Below, in pieces: positions 44,693 to 54,060 of a stretch of 64,000 nucleotides of DNA. This stretch comes from Clostridia bacterium (GTDB taxonomy: Bacteria > Bacillota > Clostridia > Saccharofermentanales > DTU023). The notes beneath the pieces were generated by a model. That model was not told the DNA's origin, ran no database searches, and was given only the letters and a program-made list of their open reading frames with translations. Both the position numbers and the translations under genes were made by a program. Where the stretch lies: positions 134,283-198,282 of the forward strand of contig JAXGOR010000004.1 of the NCBI GenBank assembly GCA_040767365.1, written 5' to 3'. How positions within the stretch are numbered: position 1 is the stretch's first letter; each line of letters opens with the position of its first letter.

Positions 44693-46150
44693 TCATTTTT
44701 TCCGTCTGACTTCCGGCTGTAGCAGCTCCAGGGCCTTCTGCAGCTGGTCATCCTCCTCCAGGGTGCGCCGGTTGGGCGCCTTGGTCTCGACCTCATCGGG
44801 CAGTTTGATCTCGTAGTCCGGCTTCAGCCCCACCTGATCGATGGATTCCCCCTTGGGCAGGAAGTACTCAAAACCGGTGATCTGGACGGCCGAATTGTCA
44901 GGCAGCTTCCAGGTCATGGTGCCGACCCCCTTGCCAAAGGAGTTCTCCCCCACGATGACGGCCTTGCCGTGATCGCGCAGGGCCCCGGCGAACAATTCGC
45001 TGGCGCTGGCGGAATAGCGGTTGAGCAGGATCACGTAGCGGGTATCGTCAGGTGTGAGCGAAGCCGTCTTCGTCTTCCATTCATCCTCGTAGACCTGGCC
45101 CTCCTCACGGCCCTTGACCGTGGCGACCGTCACCGGCGGCAGGACCACATCGAGCATGTTGATGCATTCCTGGGCGTAGCCGCCCCCGTTATTGCGGAGA
45201 TCAATCACGAAATGTTCGGCGCCCTTGAGCATGAGCGCGACCAGGGCGTTTTCAAAATGCTCAGCCGCATGGTCTGAAAATTCAGTCAAATGGATATAGC
45301 CGATGCCGGTATCCAGGAAGTAGAAACGGACCGCTGCGTTGGCGACCTTGGCCCGCTTGATGGTCAGGCTCAGCTCCCTGTTTTCCAGGGGGCGGTAGAT
45401 GACCAGCTTGACCAGGGTCCCCTCATCCCCGCGGACGGCCGCCGCCAGTTCGCCGACATCCTCGAACTCCAGGGCATCCTTCCCGTCCACCTTGACAAAG
45501 ATATCGCCGACGAAAAGATCGACCGATTCCGCAGGACTGTCCGGGATGATGTCACTGATGACAAAGTTGCCGTCATGATCCTTCATGACAACGGCCCCGA
45601 TGCCGTAATACTCGCCCTTCATCGAGTCCTCGACAGCCTGATTGTATTCGGGGGTCAGATAAAAGGTATAGGGGCTCCCCATCTCATTGATGAGCCCTTC
45701 CGTCATCTTGCCGATCATCTCGGCATCGTTGAACTCCTGGTAATAGTTTGCCTGGAGGAGGTTATAGACGGTCGAGAATTTTTCCAGGGCCTCCTCCAGG
45801 CCCTCCCCGTCGGTAAAGGTCAGGGTCCGGTCGCCGGGCGCCGCCCCTCCCGGGGAGGATCCCGGTCCGTTCACCAGGCCCCTGATCGCGTCGGCAAAGA
45901 AGACATAGCCGACCGCGGCCGTGAGGACGAAGGTCAGGGAGGCCGTGATCAGGACGGCCAGGAAGACCGGCCAGAAGAGCTTCCTCTTCGCTTTCGGGGG
46001 TTTTTTAGGCGGCGGGGCGCCCTGCCCAGGCAGGAGCTGGCGATGGAGGTAGTGGCCCTGGTCCCCGCCTGGGGAATGCTCCTTATAGCCTTGTTGAATA
46101 TTGTTTTCAAAACCGGGCTTTTCCGGCTGTTCATCCTGGTATCTGTTCAT
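44693..46150 (-). CDS. ctpA: S41-family C-terminal processing peptidase (PDZ-containing)
   Basis: Track ORF of 485 aa: N-terminal TM, PDZ-like GDIFVKVDG, and catalytic region LLNRYSASASELFAGALRDHGKAVIVGENSFGKG. Confidence 0.85.
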   Translation of the reverse strand: MNRYQDEQPEKPGFENNIQQGYKEHSPGGDQGHYLHRQLLPGQGAPPPKKPPKAKRKLFWPVFLAVLITASLTFVLTAAVGYVFFADAIRGLVNGPGSSPGGAAPGDRTLTFTDGEGLEEALEKFSTVYNLLQANYYQEFNDAEMIGKMTEGLINEMGSPYTFYLTPEYNQAVEDSMKGEYYGIGAVVMKDHDGNFVISDIIPDSPAESVDLFVGDIFVKVDGKDALEFEDVGELAAAVRGDEGTLVKLVIYRPLENRELSLTIKRAKVANAAVRFYFLDTGIGYIHLTEFSDHAAEHFENALVALMLKGAEHFVIDLRNNGGGYAQECINMLDVVLPPVTVATVKGREEGQVYEDEWKTKTASLTPDDTRYVILLNRYSASASELFAGALRDHGKAVIVGENSFGKGVGTMTWKLPDNSAVQITGFEYFLPKGESIDQVGLKPDYEIKLPDEVETKAPNRRTLEEDDQLQKALELLQPEVRRKK

Positions 46151-46176
46151 GGGGTCTCCCTCCGGAAGGCCGGCCT

Positions 46177-47355
46177 CTAGCGGTTGCGGCGGAAATAGGA
46201 CAGGGGATCCTTGGGCACCCCGTTCACCCGGGTCTCAAAATGGAGGTGGGGCCCGGATGAGCGTCCCGTGTTGCCCGTATAGCCTACGACCTGGCCCGCC
46301 TTGACCCGCTGGCCTATATGGCAGTTGAAGCCGTTCAGGTGGCCGTAGCGCGTCTGATAGCCGTTGCCATGGTCAATGACGATCATCTTGCCATAGGCCC
46401 AGTGGTAGGCCGAACCGGGCCAACCGGCATAGCTGACGGTCCCGTCCGCCATGGCGACAATCTGGGTACCCACCGGGGCCGCCACATCCGTGCCGTAATG
46501 GTAACGGCCGTACTTGGCCCGCCAGCCAAAGACCGAGGTGACATAGTAGGAGGAGGGGAGGGGCCAGACGAAAGGTCCGGTTCCGGTGTAGAGGGCCGAG
46601 CCGGAGGCCGGCCTCGCGGCCACGGGGCTGGTCGTCTTTTTCGCGGAGGCGGCCTGGCTGCTCCGCGCTAGCTGGGCTTCTTTCTGACGCGTTATCTCCA
46701 GGGAGGAGGACACCTTTTTCAGCTCTTCCGCCGTCTGCTGCTCCTGGGCCTTGATCTCCCGCATGGCCGCGTCCGCCTCCTCGACCAGCTGGATCATTTC
46801 CTCATACTGGTCCTCGGCCTCCTCTTTCAGCTGCCTGGCCAGGACGGAGGCCTCCTCAAGGTCGGCCAGGGCCTGTTCGTCCGAATCGGCCACCAGCTTC
46901 ATGAAGCGGAGGGTGGTGAAGAAGCCCTGGAGGTCCTCACTGGAAAGGAAGAGTTCCGTCAGGGAAAGGCGGTCCCAGGCATACATCCTGGACACCCGCT
47001 CCCCATACTGGACCAGCTTGTCCTCGTAGTCCTGCTGGGCGATATGGCTGGCCTCCTGGTTCATTTCCAGGACCATGAGGGCCGCCTCCTTCTGGGCAAG
47101 CGCGTCCTCATGGACGGCCCGCTGGGCCTGGGAGCGTTTCTCCAGATAGGCCAGATCGCCTGTCAGTTTGGTCTTTTTGCTGGACAACTGATTGAGGTCC
47201 GAGCGAACTGACTTGAGTTGCTTCTGGATGTCCTGCAGGGAGCTGGATTGGGCGACCGCGCCCCGGCCCGGTAAAAGGGCCAGGAGGAGGACTGCCGTGA
47301 GCAAGAGGATCCCCAGGCGTTTTTTGTCAAACAGGTGGGTTAGGGTGTCTGCCAT
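46177..47355 (-). CDS. M23-family metallopeptidase with N-terminal coiled coil (EnvC-like)
   Basis: Track ORF 46177..47475 trimmed to ATG 47355 (signal-like MADTLTHLFDKKRLGILLLTAVLLLALLPGRGAVA). It has a long coiled coil. M23 motifs: YHYGTDVAAPVGTQIVAMADG...GNTGRSSGPHLHFE. Confidence 0.82.
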   Translation of the reverse strand: MADTLTHLFDKKRLGILLLTAVLLLALLPGRGAVAQSSSLQDIQKQLKSVRSDLNQLSSKKTKLTGDLAYLEKRSQAQRAVHEDALAQKEAALMVLEMNQEASHIAQQDYEDKLVQYGERVSRMYAWDRLSLTELFLSSEDLQGFFTTLRFMKLVADSDEQALADLEEASVLARQLKEEAEDQYEEMIQLVEEADAAMREIKAQEQQTAEELKKVSSSLEITRQKEAQLARSSQAASAKKTTSPVAARPASGSALYTGTGPFVWPLPSSYYVTSVFGWRAKYGRYHYGTDVAAPVGTQIVAMADGTVSYAGWPGSAYHWAYGKMIVIDHGNGYQTRYGHLNGFNCHIGQRVKAGQVVGYTGNTGRSSGPHLHFETRVNGVPKDPLSYFRRNR

Positions 47356-47426
47356 AGCTTTTCCTTTGTTCGTTCCTTGGGCCGGATCGTCGCCCTTCAT
47401 TCTAACATTCACGAAAGGGGGACCCC

Positions 47427-48326
47427 TCAGACCCTGGCGTACTTTCGCACGGAGATGGCGCTCACGATAACGCAAAGCAGGATCCCGATGGCCAGGTTAA
47501 GCCCGAAGAGGATGGCGGTCACCGAGGAGGCCGGCAGGAGGGCGAACTTGTTGGCCGACTGGGCCAGGGGATCGGGGTTTAGACGGACGACCAGGCGGCT
47601 GTAGATCAGGGCGGCTATGACACTGGAAATAAGCGCCCCCGTTATCCCGATCACGGTTCCCTCCACGATGAAGGGCGTCCGGATGAAGGCGTTGGTCGAC
47701 CCGACATATTTCATGATGTTGATCTCCCTGCTCCGGGACAGGACCGCGATGCGGACTGTATTGGAGATCACCACGGCCGAGGTCACGGCCAGTACGATAA
47801 AAACGATGATGCCGATGCGGCGGGTCCAGCCCTTGACACTGTCGAGCAGGGACATGAGCTGCGACTCCATCAGGACCTCCTGGACACCCCCATAGGCGGT
47901 TACCTCCTCCTCGAAGCTCTCACCGTAGGCGGGGTCGGTCAGGCGGACGCTCATGGTATAGGGGATGGATTGGCTGTAGTCGAAGTCCTTCCAGAGCTCG
48001 TCCTTGCCCATATCCTCCTTGAACTGTTCGAAATTCTCCTGGGGAGTGAAAATCCGCAGGTCCTGCACCATCTCGTGCTCTTCCAAGAAGCCCGCCAGGT
48101 CCGTGATCTCATCGGCGGAACTGCCTATCTTCATAACGATCTCGATGGGGGGCTGCTGGGAGGCAATTTTGGACAGATGATTGGCGTTCATGGAGACGGC
48201 CACGAAGGCGCTCATCAAAAAGAGCATGAGGGCCAGGGTGGTGACGGCCGCCACCGTGAGAAGGGGATGGCGGATCAGGCCCTGCAGGCCTGCCTTCAAG
48301 GAGTAGCGCCACTCATTCCGCTTCAT
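47427..48326 (-). CDS. ftsX: cell division permease-like protein FtsX
   Basis: Track ORF trimmed to MKRNEWRYSLKAGLQGLIRHPLLTVAAV... (ATG 48326). It has a large extracellular loop and three C-terminal TM segments, and it directly follows ftsE. Confidence 0.86.
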   Translation of the reverse strand: MKRNEWRYSLKAGLQGLIRHPLLTVAAVTTLALMLFLMSAFVAVSMNANHLSKIASQQPPIEIVMKIGSSADEITDLAGFLEEHEMVQDLRIFTPQENFEQFKEDMGKDELWKDFDYSQSIPYTMSVRLTDPAYGESFEEEVTAYGGVQEVLMESQLMSLLDSVKGWTRRIGIIVFIVLAVTSAVVISNTVRIAVLSRSREINIMKYVGSTNAFIRTPFIVEGTVIGITGALISSVIAALIYSRLVVRLNPDPLAQSANKFALLPASSVTAILFGLNLAIGILLCVIVSAISVRKYARV

Positions 48327-49401
48327 CGGGCGACTCCTTCCCCCCACCAGGGGTCTCCAGGTCCTTCAGCCGGATGACGGGGATCCGCCCCGTCCGGGAG
48401 AGGCCGGCTCCTTCCTCCGCCTTCGGCCTGCCTGTTGGAAGGGGACGCCTTTGGGCCGGGGGCCTGTTTCTCCGCCTGGAGGCGCTCTTGCTCATGGTGT
48501 CGTAGAAGTCGTCACGCCGGACGGCCTCCCGCATACGCCGTACCCGCTCCCCTGCCCTGGCATCAATGGACTCCGGCTCCTGGTTGTTGTTTTCGCGTAG
48601 CTGGCGGAGGGCGTCACCCCCCTCTTCCACGGCCAGCCTGATGGTCTCCGCTTCCTCCCTTTGCCGTCTTTCACATTCCAGCGTGGCCGCCAAGCCACGT
48701 TTTCGCTCGCTTTCCAGGATATAGAGGCCCCGGGCGTCGTCACGGACCAGGAGGCCTTCACAGATCTCAATCACCCGCTTGTTCATACGGTCGACGATAT
48801 CCCGGTCGTGGGTACAGGTGATGACCGTGGTCCCATTCTCCCTGCTGATCCGTTCCAGCAGGGCCATGATGGCTTCGCCGTTGACGGGGTCCAGGTCGCC
48901 TGTCGGCTCATCCGCTATGATCAGGCGCGGCCTGTTGACCAGGGCCCGGGCGATGCAGACACGCTGCTGTTCGCCCCCTGACAGTTCAGTCGGATAGTCA
49001 TTGATCTTGCGGCGGAGACCGACGACGGAAAGGACCAGGGGGACCCGCTGGCGGACCTTGCGGGGGGCTTCCCCGACAATCTCCATGGCCAGGGCCACAT
49101 TCTCGCCCACCGTCAGGGTGTCGATCAGCCGGAAATCCTGGAAGATCATACCGATCTTCCGCCGGAGGTAGGGGATCCTTTGCTCATCCAGCTTCCCGAT
49201 GTCGAAACCGTCCACCACGATCCGACCCGAGGTCGGGTTCTCCTCCCGGGTAAGGAGCCTGAATACGGTTGATTTTCCCGCCCCGCTTTCCCCGATCAAA
49301 AAGGCGAATTCCCCTTCCTCAATCGAGAAAGAGACATCGTGCAGTGCCAGCGTACCGTTGGGATAGGTCTTGCTGACTCTATCAAATTCAATATAGGCCA
49401 T
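48313..49401 (-). CDS. ftsE: cell division ATP-binding protein FtsE with a charged C-terminal extension of about 135 aa
   Basis: Track ORF of 362 aa: MAYIEFDRVSKTYPNGTLALHDVSFSIEEGEFAFLIGESGAGKST...LSGGEQQRVCIARAL...IADEPTGDLD. The ABC domain ends near LLVRDDARGLY. An R/E-rich tail then runs to the stop. Confidence 0.88.
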   Translation of the reverse strand: MAYIEFDRVSKTYPNGTLALHDVSFSIEEGEFAFLIGESGAGKSTVFRLLTREENPTSGRIVVDGFDIGKLDEQRIPYLRRKIGMIFQDFRLIDTLTVGENVALAMEIVGEAPRKVRQRVPLVLSVVGLRRKINDYPTELSGGEQQRVCIARALVNRPRLIIADEPTGDLDPVNGEAIMALLERISRENGTTVITCTHDRDIVDRMNKRVIEICEGLLVRDDARGLYILESERKRGLAATLECERRQREEAETIRLAVEEGGDALRQLRENNNQEPESIDARAGERVRRMREAVRRDDFYDTMSKSASRRRNRPPAQRRPLPTGRPKAEEGAGLSRTGRIPVIRLKDLETPGGGKESPDEAE

Positions 49402-49437
49402 ATGCTCTCCACCGGTTGTTGCCGACCGGTAATGGGT

Positions 49438-50541
49438 TTACCTGCCCGCCCTTTGTTCCTCAACATAGGCCAGGTAGTTGCGTACCATATCTGCCAGCTT
49501 GAACAGGACGGCATCCTCAAAGCTCCTGAGATCCAGGCCCGTGATCTTCTCGACCTTGTCGAGGCGGTAGACCAGGGTATTGCGGTGGACAAAGAGCTGC
49601 CTTGAGGTCTCACTTCCGTTGAGGTTGTTCTCGAAGAACTTGTTGATGGTAGTCATGGTCACAGGGTCAAGCGCCTCGTAGGTGCCCGGCTCGAAGACCT
49701 CCCTGAGGAACAATTCGCACAGGGTGATGGGGAGCTGGTAGATCAGCCGGCCCAGCCCCAGCTTCTCATAGCGCATGATGGCTGAGTCGCTGTCCTGAAA
49801 GATCTCCCCCACGATGAGGGCGCTGGAGGCCTGCTGATAGGCCTTGGCGGTCTCCGTCAAGGTGGCGGCCGCCATACTGACGCCGATCTTGACATCGGCC
49901 ATGGCCTTTTCCTTCAGGTCCGTCGTCAACTTCTGCAAGAAGACATCCAGTGTCTCCAGGTTCTCCTCGGTCGCCTCAATCAGGAGGACAATGCTCCGCT
50001 CGTCCAGGGGCAGGACAAAATCGTTTTCACGGTTGGCGAATTCATCATCCAGGATCTCAAGGACCGCCTTGTGTTCCTCACTTTCAAAGTTGATGAGGAG
50101 GACGATCCGACGCTCCGCATGCCGGATCCTGAACTCACGGGCCTTGAGGGGGATGTCCCCGGGAAGCTCGTTTTCCAGGAGCACGTTCTTCAGGAAGAGG
50201 AACTTGAGCTCCGACTCCCGCAGGGCGAGATCATCACGCTTGCACTCCTCAGCGTCGATCCAGCGCGAGAGGAGTTCCACATAGCCCCTGGCCATCTCAT
50301 CCACGCCGTCGGAAAAACAGATCAGGTAGCTGTCATCCGGCCGGAGGATGACCCGGTAGGTCTTGTCCCCGGCTGTGGCCGCGGTATCCCCGGAGGCCAG
50401 CAGGGCCCGGACGGCCGGATCCTGGCCCCCGATCAACTTCTCATCCGAGGCGGCGAAAATGGTCCCCTGACCATCCGCCAAACCGATGACCCGGCTTAGG
50501 CTCGGGGCCATCTCCTTTAAGGATTGTTGAATCTCTTTCAT
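49438..50541 (-). CDS. PucR/CdaR-family transcriptional regulator
   Basis: Track ORF of 367 aa. The C-terminal PucR-type HTH reads NGSETSRQLFVHRNTLVYRLDKVEKITGLDLRSFEDAVLFKLA. Confidence 0.75.
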   Translation of the reverse strand: MKEIQQSLKEMAPSLSRVIGLADGQGTIFAASDEKLIGGQDPAVRALLASGDTAATAGDKTYRVILRPDDSYLICFSDGVDEMARGYVELLSRWIDAEECKRDDLALRESELKFLFLKNVLLENELPGDIPLKAREFRIRHAERRIVLLINFESEEHKAVLEILDDEFANRENDFVLPLDERSIVLLIEATEENLETLDVFLQKLTTDLKEKAMADVKIGVSMAAATLTETAKAYQQASSALIVGEIFQDSDSAIMRYEKLGLGRLIYQLPITLCELFLREVFEPGTYEALDPVTMTTINKFFENNLNGSETSRQLFVHRNTLVYRLDKVEKITGLDLRSFEDAVLFKLADMVRNYLAYVEEQRAGR

Positions 50542-50601
50542 ATAAAAAGCCTCACTTTCCAGCGAATAAATTCCCTTGCCGGACGGGTCTTTCAGGAGGG
50601 A

Positions 50602-52280
50602 CTAAAAGAGTCCCGAGATCCGTCCGTTTTCGTCAACATCGATCTTTTCCGCGGACGGCAATTTGGGCAGGCCGGGCATGGTCATGACCTCGCCGGTCAG
50701 GGCCACTATAAAGCCCGCCCCTGCGGACGCCTTCAGGTTCCTGACCGTGATCCTGAAATGCTTGGGGACACCGATCATCTTGGGGTCGTCGGCAAAGGAA
50801 TACTGGGTCTTGGCGATACAGACAGGCAGGTGGCCGAAGCCGTTCGCCTCAAGCTGTTTCAGCTGCCTCACGGCCGGACCTACAAAATCCACCCCGTCCG
50901 CCCGGTAGACCCGGGTCGCGATGGCCTCGATCTTTTCCTTGAGGCTGGTCTCCTCCCCGTAGACAAAGCCAAGGGGCCCCTTGTCCGGCAGATCGCACAG
51001 GCGCACGACCTCCCGGGCAAGCTCCAGGCCGCCCTCGCCCCCTTTTGCCCAGACTTCCGACAGGGCCACGCGGACACCCTGGCGTTCACACTCTTCCCTG
51101 ACCAGGTCAAGTTCCGCTTCGGTGTCATCGGGGAAGCGGTTGATGGCCACCACGACCGGCCGCCGGTAGACGTCCAGGATATTCCTGACATGCTGGATCA
51201 GGTTCTCCATACCGGCCTTCAGGGCCGACAGGTTTTCCCGCTTGAGTTCATCCTTGCCTACGCCGCCATCATCTTCAGGGCCCGCACAGTGGCAACCAGG
51301 ACGACAGCGTCGGGATCCAGGCCCGCGGTCCGGCACTTGATGTCGATAAATTTCTCAGCGCCCAGATCGGCCCCAAAACCGGCCTCCGTCACCAGATAGT
51401 CGGCCTGGGTCAGTCCCATGGTTGTCGCCAGGACACTGTTGCAGCCGTGGGCGATATTGGCGAAGGGCCCGCCGTGTACATAGGCCGGCGTCCCTTCCAG
51501 GGTCTGGACCAGGTTGGGCTTGAGGCTGTCCTTGAGGAGGGCGGCCATGGCCCCCTGGGCCTTCAGGTCCCTGCATAGGACAGGTTCCCCGCTGAAGGCG
51601 TAGCCGATCACGATCCGGCCCAAGCGCGCCTTCAGGTCCGTCAGCGAGCTGGCCAGGCAGAAGATCGCCATCACCTCGGACGCGACCGTTATCTCAAAGC
51701 CATCCTCCCTGGGCGTGCCATTCACCCGGCCTCCCAGGCCATCCACGATGAAGCGGAGCTGGCGGTCATTCATGTCGACCGCCCGCTTCCAGGTGATCTG
51801 CCTCGGATCGATCCCCAGCCTATTGCCCTGCTGGATATGGTTGTCAATCATGGCGGCCAGCAGATTGTTGGCGGCCCCGACCGCATGCATGTCGCCGGTA
51901 AAGTGGAGGTTCAGGTCCTCCATGGGCACCACCTGGGCGTAACCGCCTCCGGCGGCCCCGCCCTTTATCCCGAAGACGGGCCCCATGGAGGGTTCGCGGA
52001 GGGCCAGGGTGCAAGACTTGCCGATCCGGTTCATGGCGTCGGCCAGGCCGATTGTGGTCGTCGTCTTCCCCTCGCCGGCCGGTGTCGGCGTGATCGCCGT
52101 CACCAGGATCAGCTTGCCTCTTTTGTCCGTCCCCGCTTCGAGCGCCTCAAGGGATACCTTGGCCTTGTATCGGCCATAGTGATCCAGATATTCATTGGGT
52201 ATGCCGGCCTTTTCAGCGATTTCATCAATTGGCCGTAAAGTGGCTTCCTGCGCGATTTCTATGTCTGTCTTGAATCCCAT
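50602..52280 (-). pseudogene. fhs: formate-tetrahydrofolate ligase, read as two ORFs because of a 1-nt frameshift
   Basis: Track ORFs 51258..52280 ([18 protein letters not shown]...[16 protein letters not shown]...[14 protein letters not shown] stop) and 50602..51336 (frame reads ...[23 protein letters not shown]...VAINRFPDDTEAE...). Inserting one base between the two ATG codons (about 51269-51270) restores ...[15 protein letters not shown].... The span is 1679 nt (3n+2). Confidence 0.87.
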
Positions 52281-52406
52281 GATCCCCCCTGGCAGTATGC
52301 AAATTTTGACCTATAGTCTATTTCTTATATATCCACGCGGGCCCGCAGGCCCGCTCCTTTATCCTTTATGCCCGCTCCCGGCCCTTGAGTCCAACCGGCT
52401 GCCCGG

Positions 52407-53141
52407 TCAATCCACCTCGCAGTCCTCATAGAGGCCGCAGGCCAGCCCATGAAGATCCAGCAACCATATGTTCCGCCCGCTGACCCGGATCAGGCCGTCC
52501 TTTTCCATACTGATCAGCTCACGCGAGAAGGAGGGTCTTGGCATGGCCAGGAGTCTAGCCACAACCTCCTTGGAAACGGGCAGGATGACCGAGGAGGTTG
52601 TCGGCACCTCGATCGCCTCCCGGAGGGTCTTGTCCTCATAGACCAGCTGTTCTTCGAGCAGGGACAGGAGATAGCTCGAGATCTTGAGCCTGAGGGTCTT
52701 CTGGGACAGGAGATGGATCCGTTGGTCCTGGTCCCGGCCCCGGTCGGACAGGAAGGACATGTAGTTCAGCAGGAGCTGGGAGCTCCTGGCGATCAGGGTG
52801 AGCAGGTCTTCCCTCGAGATCAAAATGGTCTTGACCAGGGTCAGCGCCTCCAGCGAATAGGGGTAATGCTTGTTGGTGGAAAAGATGAGATCGGCTCCGA
52901 AGATGGTTCCCGGGCCCAGCAGGTTGAGTGTGGTGTATTCCCCGGTCGGCGTATACTTCTGCCGCGCCACCTGTCCTTCGATGATGACCCCGATTCCCTG
53001 GCAGTTGGTGCCCTCCATGATGATGAGTTGACCCTTGCCGTGCAGGTGGACGTGAGTGTCCCGACAGTATTCCAGGTACAGGTCATAGTCCAGCCCGGCA
53101 AAAAGCGGTGTTGACGCCATAACTTCGCATGTCTTTTTCAT
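52407..53141 (-). CDS. Crp/Fnr-family transcriptional regulator
   Basis: Track ORF 52407..53417 trimmed to ATG 53141 (MKKTCEVMASTPLFAGL...). It has a cNMP-binding-like barrel (GQLIIMEGTNCQGIGVIIEGQV) and a C-terminal HTH (SKEVVARLLAMPRPSFSRELISMEKDGLI). Confidence 0.75.
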   Translation of the reverse strand: MKKTCEVMASTPLFAGLDYDLYLEYCRDTHVHLHGKGQLIIMEGTNCQGIGVIIEGQVARQKYTPTGEYTTLNLLGPGTIFGADLIFSTNKHYPYSLEALTLVKTILISREDLLTLIARSSQLLLNYMSFLSDRGRDQDQRIHLLSQKTLRLKISSYLLSLLEEQLVYEDKTLREAIEVPTTSSVILPVSKEVVARLLAMPRPSFSRELISMEKDGLIRVSGRNIWLLDLHGLACGLYEDCEVD

Positions 53142-53343
53142 TCCGTTCCCCCAACCCCCTTTTCGCACACGGTTACTCCAGATAAGAATAACAAAAATAG
53201 AGGTGCTTGTCCTGCGAATACCTGGCAAATAGCTGTAAAGACCGGCAGCTTCCTCGTTCGCACAAGTATCATAGCACGTGACGGGGAGCGGCCCGTCCAT
53301 GCTAAGATAAATCAAAGATAAGCTTTTCAGGGGAGGCTCTGCC

Positions 53344-53997
53344 ATGGATCGGACTTTACGCGTCAAGGGGATCGGGAAACTGTCTGTCAAGCCGGACCTG
53401 ATCCAGCTCCTGCTCACTTTGAAGGGCCTTCTTTATACCTACGGCCAGGCCCTGGAGGAAGCCTCAGCGGCAAGGGATCGCCTGAAGGAGGCCTTCATCG
53501 AAAGGGACTTCACCGACCAGGACCTCAAGACCAGCTATTTCTCCATTGACACAAAGTATGAAGGACAGTCTGACGGAGCGGGCAACTACCAGCAGAAATT
53601 TGTCGGTTTCGAGTACGAGCACCGGCTAAAACTCGAATTTGAAGCTGACAACAAGAGACTGGGTCAAATCCTGACCTCCCTGCTCAACAGCGGTGTCCCC
53701 GCCCTTTTCAATATCGTCTACACGGTCAAGGACCCCGAACCCATCAAGGCCCAACTGCTGGAAAGGGCGGTCCTGGACGCCCGGACCAAGGCCGAGCTGC
53801 TGGCCCGAGCGGCAGGGGTCAGGACCGGCAAGCTGCTCCGGATCATCCATTCAAAACAAGACCCGGCCCTCCGGGCAGAACTTATGCGGGGCGGCCCCGC
53901 CCTGAGCCAGACTGTCTACGCGGGCCTGAACGCCGGACTAGAGCCTGAAGATATCCAACTTGAGGAATCGGTCAGCCTGGTCTGGGAGATTGAATGA
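53344..53997 (+). CDS. SIMPL (DUF541) domain protein
   Basis: Track ORF of 217 aa: RTLRVKGIGKLSVKPDLIQLLLTL... The layout is typical of SIMPL family proteins. Confidence 0.7.
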   Translation: MDRTLRVKGIGKLSVKPDLIQLLLTLKGLLYTYGQALEEASAARDRLKEAFIERDFTDQDLKTSYFSIDTKYEGQSDGAGNYQQKFVGFEYEHRLKLEFEADNKRLGQILTSLLNSGVPALFNIVYTVKDPEPIKAQLLERAVLDARTKAELLARAAGVRTGKLLRIIHSKQDPALRAELMRGGPALSQTVYAGLNAGLEPEDIQLEESVSLVWEIE

Positions 53998-54060
53998 GCC
54001 CCAAGGGGCTATACCGCGACAGAAGTAACCGCTTACCCCATCCGTGAAAGGGAGGCCCTC

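Noticed and set aside
53998-54060. A purine riboswitch upstream of adenine deaminase.
   Set aside because: Only about 60 nt separate the SIMPL gene stop from the ade ATG. That is too short, and the conserved purine-aptamer loops are absent.
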